A stretch of 64,000 nt of DNA from Epithemia pelagica. Taxonomy: Eukaryota > Protista > Bacillariophyta. Position numbers and translations under genes: made by a program. The first letter of the stretch is position 1; each line of letters starts with the position of its first letter. Shown here piece by piece: positions 1-11,746 of this stretch. The stretch covers positions 1,860,001 to 1,924,000 of the forward strand of contig OX337239.1 in the NCBI GenBank assembly GCA_946965045.2. Direction: 5' to 3'. Below the pieces are notes generated by a model. That model was not told the origin of the DNA and ran no database searches. It worked only from the letters and a program-made list of their open reading frames with translations.

Positions 1-2
1 AC

Positions 3-1466
3 AACAACATTGACTTGAGCGATACCTCTTCTTCGTGCTTGTTGTTGATACTGCCAACGGCATCATTACCAGAATGCGCGACGGTGGGATATACCTTTGT
101 TTTCGTGTCCACAAACGATAAAGATGCTTCCATTACACGACTGGGTCAATCGCTTTGGTCCTACTTGATATCGGAACAATGTCCCAATGGGCCTGTGGCA
201 TTGGGACCTTTAGAATGGGAAAGTTTGCGCATTGAAGCGGGTCAACCACGATATGGATGGGAATATACTGGCCATGTTAATACGAAACAACAAGCACCGA
301 AAACCCTTGCACAAAAACGTTTCGAAAAAGAAACATCAGCGGTTGAAGCAGCAGATTCCCTTGCGTCATCGACCCTGACCAATACTCCTGCCATCGCCAC
401 GCCGGCTTCTCCATTGGAATTGTATCAATCCTCTCTAGTGTCATTGGACAAAGGTTGTTATATGGGCCAAGAGGGCGTTGCTTCTATTCTCAAAAATCCC
501 AAAGGACCCCCACGTACTTTGTACCAAGTCGTTTTTGACGATGACGTCAATGTCTACGACTATCAAACACGATCGGACAAGCAAGCACCGTCCTCCTTTT
601 TGGAAAATCAAACCCACTTGCCCCAACCGGGGGATACACTCTGTGTCTTGGGATCCAGTGAAAGCATTGTGGTCGGTACCGTAACGTCCGTGGCAGAACC
701 AGGATCGACGGGGGATTTTCGTCAAATTTTGGGTTTGGCCTTGATTAAACGTGCTCCCGCCATTTTGTCACAAATGCAAGCCCTGGATTTGAGCCTTCCC
801 GATCCCAGCGACGAAATGATGGCCTTGGGTGAAGGAATCTTGTTACCTCCCCCCAAAGATCCCTTGCATGGTCTCGAAGTGATTGTCCGCGGGAGTTTTG
901 CTGTGGGCAAATTACAATCCATTCCTTCTCGACGGGGATGGAACGAAAAGAGTAACATGTTTGTATTGACGGATCAGGAACGAGCTGCGGCCGAGGCAGC
1001 AGATACATATGGGGAAGAGGCTTATCCCGGAGAATCGACGGTAGATGTGACGCGTGTACCATTGTCCACTACACTGGACTCGTTCCGAACTCGTGGTACC
1101 AATCCTATTCCAACAAGCACATTGGACGAGTCGATTAATGAGGGAGAACAAGATCCTTGGGATACCTATGTTCAAGACGGCAAGGACGAAGCGGGCAAAT
1201 CCACCATGCATGAAATCCCAGCATTGGTTGAACCAGAATCATTATTGCAAAATGACCAAGAAGAGGACGAAAACACGGAAGCGGAACAAGAAGAAGACGA
1301 AGCGTTGGCTGAAGAGCTGAAACGTGCCGAAGAAGAAGCCAAGGCTGCTGCAGCGGAAGCTCAACGCAAAGCCGACAAAATGGCTATGTTGAAAAAACGT
1401 GCGGAACAAGCATTGGCGGCGCGAAAAAAGAAAAAGGAGGAGCAAAACCAACAAGAGAAGGACTAG
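3..1466 (+). CDS. YgfZ/IBA57/CAF17-like folate-binding Fe-S maturation protein (5'-truncated by window edge)
   Basis: Frame open from window start to TAG at 1464-1466; contains WESLRIEAGQPRYG and the family signature DKGCYMGQE; acidic/coiled-coil C-terminal tail. Confidence 0.85.
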   Translation, partial: NNIDLSDTSSSCLLLILPTASLPECATVGYTFVFVSTNDKDASITRLGQSLWSYLISEQCPNGPVALGPLEWESLRIEAGQPRYGWEYTGHVNTKQQAPKTLAQKRFEKETSAVEAADSLASSTLTNTPAIATPASPLELYQSSLVSLDKGCYMGQEGVASILKNPKGPPRTLYQVVFDDDVNVYDYQTRSDKQAPSSFLENQTHLPQPGDTLCVLGSSESIVVGTVTSVAEPGSTGDFRQILGLALIKRAPAILSQMQALDLSLPDPSDEMMALGEGILLPPPKDPLHGLEVIVRGSFAVGKLQSIPSRRGWNEKSNMFVLTDQERAAAEAADTYGEEAYPGESTVDVTRVPLSTTLDSFRTRGTNPIPTSTLDESINEGEQDPWDTYVQDGKDEAGKSTMHEIPALVEPESLLQNDQEEDENTEAEQEEDEALAEELKRAEEEAKAAAAEAQRKADKMAMLKKRAEQALAARKKKKEEQNQQEKD

Positions 1467-2220
1467 GTAACAACGCCAACATTGAAAACAAACAACAAAT
1501 CCCGCTGGCAGCATCAAACATTTCATTTTCACGATGACGACGCCTGCTCTCAATGAAAGGGATCCCGTTTGATTTTGATCACCAGTTGTAGTTGGAAAAG
1601 AGTTACCTCGACAATTTCTATCTACGACCCCGGAAAGATGGCCAGTTCTCAATCATCTGCAAATTTAGAATTCAATTCATGGTCCCCATCGCAATCTTGC
1701 TCAGATCGGCCGTTGTTAAGGGTATCGGACCTAAGATTTGGGGGTTTTAGCAAAAGCACCGACTATTCTACACCATAAAGCGGTCTTGGCGACGTAGGTT
1801 GAGGAACATTTTGTCGAAGGCTTGCTTTCATACGATGGCTTGCGATGACTCTGTAGCAATTTCGCAAGTTACCAAGTGAATCAGTGACAGTGGTATCGGT
1901 TTTGATGAGATTGTGGATTTTCCTCCGACACACCATGTCTCTCTGACAACAAATTACCGCAGCAGTTGATATCGTACGCCTCCGTTTGAACATAGAGACG
2001 TTATCTTTCACCCCATTGGCTTCCTTCCGAACATGGTCGACAAGATCTAAAAGGCATGAACCGTCATTTTTTCATACATGCTGCTGAATATGTGTTCGAG
2101 ATCACTGTAGTTTTTTAATCTTGCACCATAAATGACAACCACCCCGAATTTCCAGCAGAATCGCAAGCCTGTAGAAAAGAGAATAGAGTTTCTCTGATCA
2201 TTGTTGGGTAATGTCATTTA

Positions 2221-4152
2221 TTATTCGACTTGAAACATGTCAGGCATCCATTCGACAATTTGTTGGTAGTCCTGATCCACTTGTTGGACATCGTCATGAA
2301 TCAACTGGACCCACCCGGCATCCGAGCGAATGTCCCGTGTAGGTTCAATGATTCTAGCGACTTTGCCCATCATGGCAGCATTGCTGTTGTTGTTCATGTC
2401 ATCGTCATCGTCGTCTGGTCGTGGTGGTTGAAAGGCTTGGTACAATTGTCCGCGGTAAAAACTGGGCAGCTGACTCATTTCCTCCATGTATCGGACCTGA
2501 CGCAAGACACCCTGTACATAGTTGACCAAGTGGACCATGCAACCATATCGACGGACAATGGGTTCGTCCGGATACATGTCCCACACCGAATCGCTTTGTC
2601 CTTCCTCGTTTTTGTTCTTGTCGTCGTCTTCCAACAAGGCGGCCAGAGTCATATCCAAAGCATTGTAACCAATGCATGCCATGACAATGGGAAGAAAATC
2701 CATATTGTGTTGTCGACAATTCACTTCTACCAAGACTGGACGTCGTTCGACCGTAGTGATGGAATCCTCTCCGTCCTCCGCCTCCTCCTCCTCGACCATG
2801 ATAACTTCGACATGACTCAATCCGTATCGAATCCCCAGGGCATCTAGTACGGGACGTACATAGTCTTGAATCAACGGCACGTCCACAGGTTCCATGATAG
2901 CATCCACCAATTGGGTTTGAAAGTAACAAAAGGGTGCACCATTGGCTGGTCGTTTGTCGTATTTCCAAATGGCAGCAATCTTGTGTTGTCCCTGTCGACT
3001 CACAATGTCCAAGGCATATTCCGTCCCTTGCAAATATTCTTGTACCAAGACGGAATCATGCATCTGTGGCGACGACGACGAGGTTTCGTTCGCTTCATCC
3101 CTTGCCCTCGTGCTACCAAAAACGGTCGTATTGGTAATGGCTCGAAAGGCCTGTTCCACCTCGGCATGGGTGTGACACAAGTACACGGATTCTGAGGCAA
3201 CACCCCGGACGGGTTTGATCACAACGCAGTGTTGTCCCTTCCCACGCTGGATGTTCTTCCACAGCACTTGACAAAATTCCCAGGCTTGATCCACGGTATG
3301 GCACAATTGTTGCTGGGCCGTCGCGACACGTCCCGCCGTCACCTCTTGAATGTGTTGATTCATGAGAAATTTGTGGCGTCGGGCCGACAAGACACTGGGT
3401 TCATCGTGGCATGTCACATTCAACAATTCTCGTAGTTGCTCGGCATTGTCCAATCCGGAATCGGATTCGCAATAAACGGCCTTGACGACCATCGACGCGA
3501 AAAACGGCAACTGTTGCAGCCATTCTCGTGCTTCCTGTTGGTTGCGGGGCATGCGCATGGCCTGCCATTGAGCCGCTTGTTCCGGTTCCGTCGCCAACAA
3601 GAAATTTCGCAAATAATCACTCAAGACGGGAACCACCACGGCACCCGCGTCCATGGCTTGTTCCATGAGATAAATACCATGATAGGGACAAAAGGCATCC
3701 ATGACAATCAGTACGGAACGCGAGGCTTGTTCTGCTGGTTGTGGCTCGAGAAAAGCTGCCATGGTTGTTGGGTCGTCGTCTTGATCATCGCGTTGTAAAA
3801 TCTGAGGAGATAGTTTCGCGGCCTCTGTAGAAAAGCCGTCGGAAGCAGTGTCCATGGCGGCATTTGTTCTTGGTCGGTTCATGTCATTTGGCTGGTTTTC
3901 ACCACCTCCACCGCGCAAGGCTGAACGTTGCAGCAACATCCAATGGGACAGTGGTCTTCGTTGTCGTGTAGTAGTGGAAGGATGTTGCGGCCATACGCCC
4001 CATGCATGAGCCGAACACAAGCTCGTGGCACTACTGTCATTTCCACACAAGGAAGCGAAAAGGGGATGCCACAGAAGGAGGAGCCAGAACACCACAGCCC
4101 GTGTCCTCCTTGTCTTAGTGTGGACCGAACCAAGGAATGGAATCATTACCAT
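2221..4152 (-). CDS. ATP-grasp domain protein with N-terminal signal-like peptide
   Basis: 644-aa intronless ORF (first ATG 4152); ATP-grasp motifs VVIKPVRGVASESV, VLVQEYLQGTEYALD, HVEV...LVEVNCR; hydrophobic VVFWLLLLWHPLFA near the N-terminus. Confidence 0.8.
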   Translation of the reverse strand: MVMIPFLGSVHTKTRRTRAVVFWLLLLWHPLFASLCGNDSSATSLCSAHAWGVWPQHPSTTTRQRRPLSHWMLLQRSALRGGGGENQPNDMNRPRTNAAMDTASDGFSTEAAKLSPQILQRDDQDDDPTTMAAFLEPQPAEQASRSVLIVMDAFCPYHGIYLMEQAMDAGAVVVPVLSDYLRNFLLATEPEQAAQWQAMRMPRNQQEAREWLQQLPFFASMVVKAVYCESDSGLDNAEQLRELLNVTCHDEPSVLSARRHKFLMNQHIQEVTAGRVATAQQQLCHTVDQAWEFCQVLWKNIQRGKGQHCVVIKPVRGVASESVYLCHTHAEVEQAFRAITNTTVFGSTRARDEANETSSSSPQMHDSVLVQEYLQGTEYALDIVSRQGQHKIAAIWKYDKRPANGAPFCYFQTQLVDAIMEPVDVPLIQDYVRPVLDALGIRYGLSHVEVIMVEEEEAEDGEDSITTVERRPVLVEVNCRQHNMDFLPIVMACIGYNALDMTLAALLEDDDKNKNEEGQSDSVWDMYPDEPIVRRYGCMVHLVNYVQGVLRQVRYMEEMSQLPSFYRGQLYQAFQPPRPDDDDDDMNNNSNAAMMGKVARIIEPTRDIRSDAGWVQLIHDDVQQVDQDYQQIVEWMPDMFQVE

Positions 4153-4163
4153 CACGTTTGTCG

Positions 4164-4184
4164 TCTCTCTCTCTCTCTCTCTCT
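4164..4184. repeat. (CT)n microsatellite in the divergent ATP-grasp/msrA promoter region
   Basis: Run of about 10 CT dinucleotides read directly. Confidence 0.85.
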
Positions 4185-4461
4185 GGTTTGTGCCGATCCA
4201 GAATGCAACGATCCAATCGGATTCTATTCCTCTTTATGATATGTGATGGATATCTTGTGCTGTTCTCTGTTTCAATTCTCTCACGGTCGGAGGCAGCGAC
4301 GCCAAGCGGTACGTCATTGTGGGGACGACTTGCTTCCGAGTTGGATCGGGATGTGACGTAAGACGGACAGACTGTGAAGCTGGTCGGCTGACGGACGGAC
4401 GGCCTTCGATGGACACGTCATCCATCGGATGCAACTTTCTTTACACCGAAGAAGCCCAACC

Positions 4462-5401
4462 ATGATGGCGGCGTGTCGGTGGTTGACCTCCGCCGCTGCG
4501 ACAACAGTACTAGCTTCAGTGGCTCTACTACTACTAGGAGGAGGAGGTTGTGGAACAGAAGTAACTGCCTTTGGTGTTACGAGGAAAATGTCGTCCTGGC
4601 CCATTGCGGATCGGCTGGAATCATCCTCGCGATGCGTCCTGCCGCCCTCCTGGACGACGAGTACGAGTACTACGACTTTGGCGTCCACGACAACACCGTG
4701 TCCCGAAATCTCCTGGCAACCGTCCATGCCGGGCAATGAAGTAGCGTGTCTCGCCTGTGGATGATTTTGGCACCCCCAACTCCAACTTTCCCAGGTACGC
4801 GCCGTCCACCAGGTCTCGTGGAACTACACACAATTCGTGTAGTCCCAAGGCAGAAAGAGGTTTCTCATTTGTTGGTCTCAATTTTGCTCTGCTGCTCCGG
4901 ATGATTCTTGTTTTATGCTTGGTTTCACATGTGGAACAATTGTGCAATCCATTGAACCTGGACCATCATTGCCATGCTATACCATTCTCCTGTCGCGTTC
5001 TCTCTACTCTACTCTAGAGGGACGGAGTTGTGGGGTGCATTGTGGGATACAGTGGCGGCGTGGCTCCCAATCCCACGTATCACAACATTCAAGATTATAC
5101 CGAAGCCTTGTGGATTGAATACCATCCAGATCGTATTTCGTATACCGAATTGTTGGAGGAGGTGTTGGACTACCCCTTTTATCCGCAAACGACGCAATAT
5201 CGATCGGCCATTTTTCCTCTATCGTCCCAGCAACAGGATGAAGCTCGAGCCTTTGTGGACCAATTGCAACAGTCTCATGCCGACAAGAAGGTGTACGTCG
5301 ATGTGGAACCGGCCACAGGCACGGCATTTTATCGAGCCGAAGACTATCATCAACATTTTTTGGCCAAACAACAAAGCAGTCGAACCCTGAAACCCTGGTA
5401 A
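4462..5401 (+). CDS. msrA: Selenocysteine-containing peptide methionine sulfoxide reductase A; exons 4462-4794 and 5018-5401, Sec codon TGA 4762-4764
   Basis: Exon 1 reads ...CLACG-TGA-FWHPQLQLSQ, i.e. the MsrA active-site GCFW with U for C; phase-0 GT(4795)..AG(5017) intron joins to RDGVVGCIVGYSGG...YRSAIF...FYRAEDYHQHFL; N-terminal signal peptide ending VTA-F; SECIS-like stem-loop downstream. Upstream in-frame ATG at 4429 is an alternative start. Confidence 0.9.
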
Positions 5402-5438
5402 CAACGAGAACTGCTGGCAGGCAGCAGAGCCGAGGACA

Positions 5439-5483
5439 GTGAATGCACCCTACTGTGACAACAAAAAGCATGGCGTGCATGAC
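5439..5483 (+). promoter_or_regulatory. SECIS element candidate in msrA 3'UTR
   Basis: GTGAA(5439-5443)/TGAC(5480-5483) non-Watson-Crick GA core, helix TGCAC/GTGCA extended by further imperfect pairs, A-rich apical loop (5457-5467); about 40 nt after the TAA stop. Confidence 0.7.
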
Positions 5484-6023
5484 GAATGGACGGATGGTCC
5501 ATTCTGAACCAGCGTCCATGCTGTTGTGTTGGAGCGATGGAGTCACAAACTACCTAGGTACATTGTCTCTAGGCCGAAGTGCCAATTGCCAATACCACGA
5601 ATCTATTCTTTCCATAAAAAGAGACTAGCTAGCAATGATAGCTCGGCTCCAATACCTCGCAGTCGCACGTTGCATGCGGGATTTCACTACTCTCTCTGAA
5701 TTTGTTTGTACAACTGTAGGATTTTCAGTACTCTCACGAACCAGCCGCGCCCGCTCGCGCGCGCGCACGTCTTTGATTTCGAGTTTGAGATTGGCTTTGA
5801 GTTTTTCACGGCTCTGCCACCACCACCATTGTTGTTGTTGTGGTGTCTCCAAGTCGAGAAAAAGACCGCCGAAAAAATAACATCTCAAGAGATCAACCAA
5901 CTAATAGAAGACCCAAGAGAGAGAGCGCCCTTGCAAACTCCTCCTTCAGGATCGTGTCGTGCCATAAACAACAGTCTCGAACCATTCAACACAACAAGAG
6001 AGCGTTCTCCACACACCAAGAGT

Positions 6024-9000
6024 ATGGAAGCCGGGGAAGGATTGCCGGATCCGGAGGAGGCCGTCCGATTTGAAGATTTGACTGTGGACGATGATTTGCC
6101 CATTCTGGAACGCATTGTCCGCTATACACAATCCCAAATTGCCCTGCAACGACTGGTTCATGTCAAAATGTTGGGAGAAACGGCGGAGTTGGCAGGGTAA
6201 GGTCCTGGATTCTGTTGTTGTGGTTGTGGTTGTCGTTGCAGCCGAGAAAAAAGGCAGTCCTCTCTCTCATGCTTGCTTTGCGCCATCTTTATGCGTTTTG
6301 CTTTATGGTCTGTTGATTTATTGTCGTTTTCTCTTTTCTTTCGTTTCGTTTCGTTTTTTGGATTGGATCAATGATAGGATTGTGGATACCCAAGAAGTGA
6401 TTGTTCCATTACTGAGTGGTTTGTTGACCGATGCCGAATCGGTGATTCGTCAACATTTGGCCGCGCAATTGTTGACCATTTCCATTGTGTGCATGTTGGA
6501 TCCGGCACACAATCAGCCTCCTCCCAGTTACACAGCGTCCAACAACCACCACAAATCGAGCAATAGTACGACCAACCATCCAGAAGGCTTGTTGCAAGCC
6601 AGTGAGTGGCGCGATCATCCGGAATGGCCCAAGGTGTACGATGCCAATGGCTATGCCTTGGTGGCGGAAATATTGACGGGTCAAGTGTTACGACAATTGA
6701 TTCGCGATGTAGATGTCGATGTGCGACGAGCCGCGGCCGATGCCTTGACGGGATTGGCCTTGCAATTGCGATTGGAAGATTTGGGAAGTGTCATTTTGCC
6801 CGTTCCCTTGCAATTGGCGGCCGATCACAAGGCCACCACCACGGCGGCCTCCAATCCCACGACAACGGCCGTCAAAAAATCCGAAGCCGAACAACAAGCG
6901 GAAGAATGGCGCATGACCAGTGCCAATTTGTTGGCGGAATTGGGAGGGGCGGTCGCCGAACAAGCCCATTTGGTGGCAGCCGCGGCGCACGCCCAAACGA
7001 ATCACAATCACACGACGGAACCGACGGAGGATCATTCCGCCACTGCCACGACATGGGGATCGACGCAATTGGTACCCGCCATTTTGGAATTTACCGCCGA
7101 TGCCTCCTTTCGAGTCCGTCGGGCGGCCGCTCAAGCCTTGCCGCGGATTTTGGGGGCCGCACCCGTCGATACAGTGTTGCAGCAATTGTTGCCGGCCTTT
7201 GAACAATTGAGTCGCGATGAATTGTACCGAGTTCGGAAATCGACGGGGGAATGTTTGGTGGACATGTCTCGGAGTTTGGTCATTTTGGCCTCCACTTCGT
7301 CGGCCTCCTCCAAAAAGTTGCTCTTGGAAGCCCGACGGTCGATTTTAATTCCCATTGCCGATCGATTGATTCAAGACGAACACAAAATGGTACGACAGGG
7401 CATGATGCAATTTCTCGGACCCTTTATGGCCTCGTTTTATCCCTTTTTTCATTCCACCTTGGACACCACCTTACCGGCCAAATCGGAATCGGATGGGAGC
7501 AATCACATGGGCATTGTCGCTCAATTCTTTCCGCATGCGACCAGTATGGTGTCGCGATTGAATTCCAGTCAAAATGCCGTCACCACAGCACCCACACCCG
7601 TCTTGATTGATCCGGTCTTGTACGATGGTCGTGTGGAATTGGAACGGTTACAGCAAAGTTTGCCGCTGTTTTTACAAGCCTCGCGACAATCGGCTCATGC
7701 CCTGCGAGCGGTTCGATTGCATCGTCACGAACAGGCTCCACCAGTCAAGGATTTGGAAGCCATTGTCAATGGATTGCTCGATTACTTTGCCGCCCTGGCC
7801 ATTGTCCAGACGGGCGATGAAAACACCGATGCCGAAATGAGAGTTTATTGCGCCTACAGTTTTCCAGCCGTCGTGCTCTTGTTGGGGGCCGAAAATTGGA
7901 TGGGTGCCCTCAAAACTTGCTTTTTGACCTTGTTGAATCCGAGTTATGCCGAAGAAGATGATGACGACGAGGAAGAAGTGGATGAAGATGGCAACCCCAT
8001 TGAGGATGGTGGAGCTGTTCCCAAGACACGAACGGCCGCCTCGGATCCACCCCTTCCCGTCAAGCGGTGTTTGGCCAGTTCGCTCCATACGGTGGCGCAC
8101 ATTTTGGGACCCGAAATTGCCGTGGCGGATATCTTGCCCGTGTTTACGGATTACTTTTTGCGAGATTCCGACGAAGCCGTGCGACTCAATATTATTCGAG
8201 GATTTCCCACCTTTTTGGGTATTTTGCCGACGACGCAGCATCGGACCGATTTGGTTTTGGCCTGGAGCCGTGTCATGCATGGCGAAGATTGTTTGGGAGC
8301 CAAGAAACGCTCGGCCACCAATCCGTTGGTCTTGAATTGGCGCCAACGCGATTACTTGGCCCGGAGTTTGCCGGATTTGCTTCCCCTCTTGCCACCCGAA
8401 TTGATTCATGCCCATATTTGGCCCATTTGTCAACAATTGCTCTTTGATTCCGTCAGTCTCATTCGAGATGATGTCCTATGGACCATTCCCATGATGTTCA
8501 AAGTGTACACGCCAGATACCATTGCGACAAAGTGGACTGGGGGAGCCAACGCGGGCGGCAACGCCAAGAAAAAGTCTTCTCTCATGTCCTCCTCCAACTT
8601 CTCCTCCAAGACGGCCGTTTTGGAAATTGTCACATGGTTTAAGGAACAAGTACTGAAACTTGGGGCTCCAACAAGCAACAATGGCAACAACAACAACAAC
8701 AACAGCGCAGCCAATAGTAGCAGTGCTCAGGCACTGCGTAAATCTGTCTCGTCCATGAGTACTGGTGGTTCCAATGTGGCCAACTTTTGTGATCGTCAAT
8801 TGTTTTGTCGCTTGTGTGGGACCATTGGATTGTCCTTGCGGTTAAACGAAGAAATTCGAGCCAGTGGCAAAAAGGATCTGGCGGCAGCCTTGGGGGAATC
8901 CTTTGCCAGTCTCTTTTTCGGAAACTCCACATCACCGATTGAAGAACCACCCCTGGAATTGCCATATCAAAAGTTAACCTCCAGCGAACACAAGCATTTG

Positions 9001-10299
9001 AAAAAGATTTTGGAAGAGCATTTGTTGCCGCTGGCCTTGGTAATGAAGGATGATCGGATTCGCAATGTTCGTGTCACCTTGTTAAAAGTGTTGCAAATCT
9101 TGCCGACGGATCTACGAGAATCGTCCATGGTACAAGCCGTATTGCAACCTTTGCACGAAGAAGTCTTGACTTGGGAATCCTTTGGTGGAGAAGATGAACC
9201 ACCGTTGGGACCACCACCGCCTCCACCTGTACCTCCTCCCCGACCCTCGACAGCGGCCACAGCGACGGCCACTCAGGAGGTCCCTCCGTCCCAAGATTCT
9301 AACAAAAAGAGCCGACGGTCGAAACGGGAAAAAGAAGGACGCAGTTCGTCTTCTGGACCGGTCGACATGGATGACGTGGAAGACGAGGAAGATGGCAATG
9401 CTGGCAATGACGAGGACCGAGGAGCATCCAATGAAGAGTTGGAGGCTCGCCGAAGGCGATCCAGTTCGAGGAAAACACGCAAAAAGGATGAGGACGAAGG
9501 AGATGCTCCTCCTGACACGGAACCGTCGGGTGCCAAGGGTTTGGATGCTTTCATATCGGAGGCCGATGCGGCGCAGAGCAAGGATCGACGCAAGCAAATG
9601 AAACGGACCAAGAGTGGAAGAAGCCATTCGAGTAAAGGAAACAAGAGCAGCAAGAGTGTTTCGTCGTTACCATCAAAAAAATCTTCTTCCAAAAGCTCCA
9701 AGAAGCCGACGACGCAAACTGTCATGGAAGAAGGATCAGCACAAGCACATGAACTGAACGATGAAACTGGTTGGAAGACGGTCATCTTTGAAGATGGTCC
9801 CATTGGCTTACAACTGGAACCCACTGCCGATGACACGGCCTGCCGAGTTTACGGCTTTTTGGAAACGGGCAGTGCTCGAAAATCTGGTAAAATTCAATTG
9901 GGAGACGTGATCTGTAAGGTCAATGATGTAAAGGTTCATTCTTACGATGAGACGGTGGACTTGTTGAAACGTGGCGGACGTCGTGCCGTAACGTTCCGAC
10001 CAGGAACGGCCACGGACAGTCAGCCGGGAGGTGGTAGCGATGGAGGCGAAGACATTGGAATGGAAGACCAGGGTACTGGCGGTGAAGAGGGTCTTGGTCT
10101 GAGCGATTCGGATGATGCAGCTGCTGCGGCTGCCACTTCGGCAACGCGAAAATCAAAAAAGAAATCCTCGTCCGCTACCAGCAGTGGGACGAGCAGTAAG
10201 AAAAAGACAAGCTCTTCGTCGTCCTCTGCTGCAGTAGGAACTTCCTCATCGTCATCAAAGGTGGTCAAGGCCAAAAAGAAGAAAAAGAGCACAGATTAA
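6024..10299 (+). CDS. HEAT-repeat PP4R1/PP2A-A-like phosphatase regulatory subunit with C-terminal PDZ domain; exons 6024-6196 and 6378-10299
   Basis: Phase-2 GTAAGG(6197)..TAG(6377) intron; HEAT repeats (DVDVDVRRAAADAL, DASFRVRRAAAQAL, DEHKMVRQG, DSDEAVRLNI, DDRIRNVRVTL); PDZ-like IFEDGPIGLQL...GSARKSGKIQLGDVICKVND; Ser/Lys-rich tail. Confidence 0.8.
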
Positions 10300-11006
10300 T
10301 GTTCTTTCTATCGATCTATGTATTATGCTCCGCTGCTAATTTAAGTAGACTGTAACGTTTGCATTGTTTTCGAGACACTATGAGTTCCTAGAAATTATGA
10401 GAAACCGAAGTGCAGCGCACCCCCAATGAAACGTGCTGTTCTGGTCTCGAGGAGAACAAGCAAGAGTTTTTTCCCGGTGGATCCATCCCTCTATCATGGC
10501 ATGAATGGTCGTGAACTGTTCAGGCGCTGATATCAAGGGAGTCGACGGCAGTACCATGCTTTCTTTTCCATGGACCAAAGTGTCGCACAAGAATCATCTT
10601 TCCATCCGAATCCAACGATAGTGTTTCACAAGAACAATTTCTTAATCTCCAAATAAAAAACATTCTTGTGAGACACCATCGTTGATTCGGAAGGCCAACT
10701 TGTGGTTGGACAACTCACATGGATCTCAACCGAGAGTGTTTTTCGTGCCTCTGCTGGTTCTCCTTGTCCAAGTACAATGACAGAACAGAATTGGTTTAGG
10801 TTCTCCAAAGTCTAGGATACACCAAACACCAATTCGGTTCTGCTATTGAATTGTCCTAGGAAACATGCGGTGGCGGGACGGACCATAGTTATGCAGCTGT
10901 GGTTTGTAACTGCCGTTTCCTGTAGTGTCAACCTCCGAGGACTCTGGAGCACCGCAATTCATCATGGACATCGATGCGTTCCATACAATCTATACAGTAG
11001 TAATCC

Positions 11007-11300
11007 TTCGATTGAAACCGCCCATTCCGTAAACCTCGTCCATTGCAAACCACAGGTGAATGTAGGCCTGTTCAGAGGCATGCATGCAGCAGTAGTATGC
11101 AATGAAAGGGGTCTACGTGATGGGAGGATTCCTTCGGATAAGGTTCTAAAGTTCTTGCATCTTCTTTCGATTGAAACCACCCATTCCATACACCTCATCC
11201 ATTGTAAACCACAGGTGAATGTAGGCCTGTTCAGAGGCATGCATGCAGCCGTAGTATGCAATGGAGGAGTGTACGTCATTGGTGGATTCATTCGAATGGA
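11007..11300. pseudogene. Degenerate Kelch-repeat fragments arranged as a 159-bp tandem duplication with internal inverted copies
   Basis: Segments starting 11007 and 11166 are near-identical; + strand gives HAAVVCNGGVYVIGGF, - strand gives frameshifted HSPVVCNG/VYGMGGFN/DCMERIDV; no intact gene. Confidence 0.55.
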
Positions 11301-11746
11301 ATAGACAGATGTTCCGGATTTCTTGCAAAAACGTCCTCGGCAAGCGCGGCCAGGAGGAAACACTCTGGATCCAGCACAACCCATACAGGACTAAGCATAA
11401 GGCCGCCAACCCACATTCCTGTTCGTAGATGGTCCTTCTAGTCACTGCTTGCTCTCCGATCGTCGAACTTTTTTTCAACACAACATGACAACATGACCTC
11501 AAACAAAAGATTCTTCCGGAGCTTGCGGCGGTCAAACTTCTAATATTTGAATTTTGAATTCTCTTCCATATTCGCCCCCGCGCACGCCCCGCCCCGTGCA
11601 GATCTGATGCTCCGATCCGGGATTCGGAAGCACAAGTGCGTCACTTCGACGACGGCGAGAGGAGTTCCATCCACCCTTTCAGTTCGTCAATCATAGATGC
11701 GACAAGCCTTTTGGCTGGAATCTATCCAAGACGAGAGAGAGAGCCC

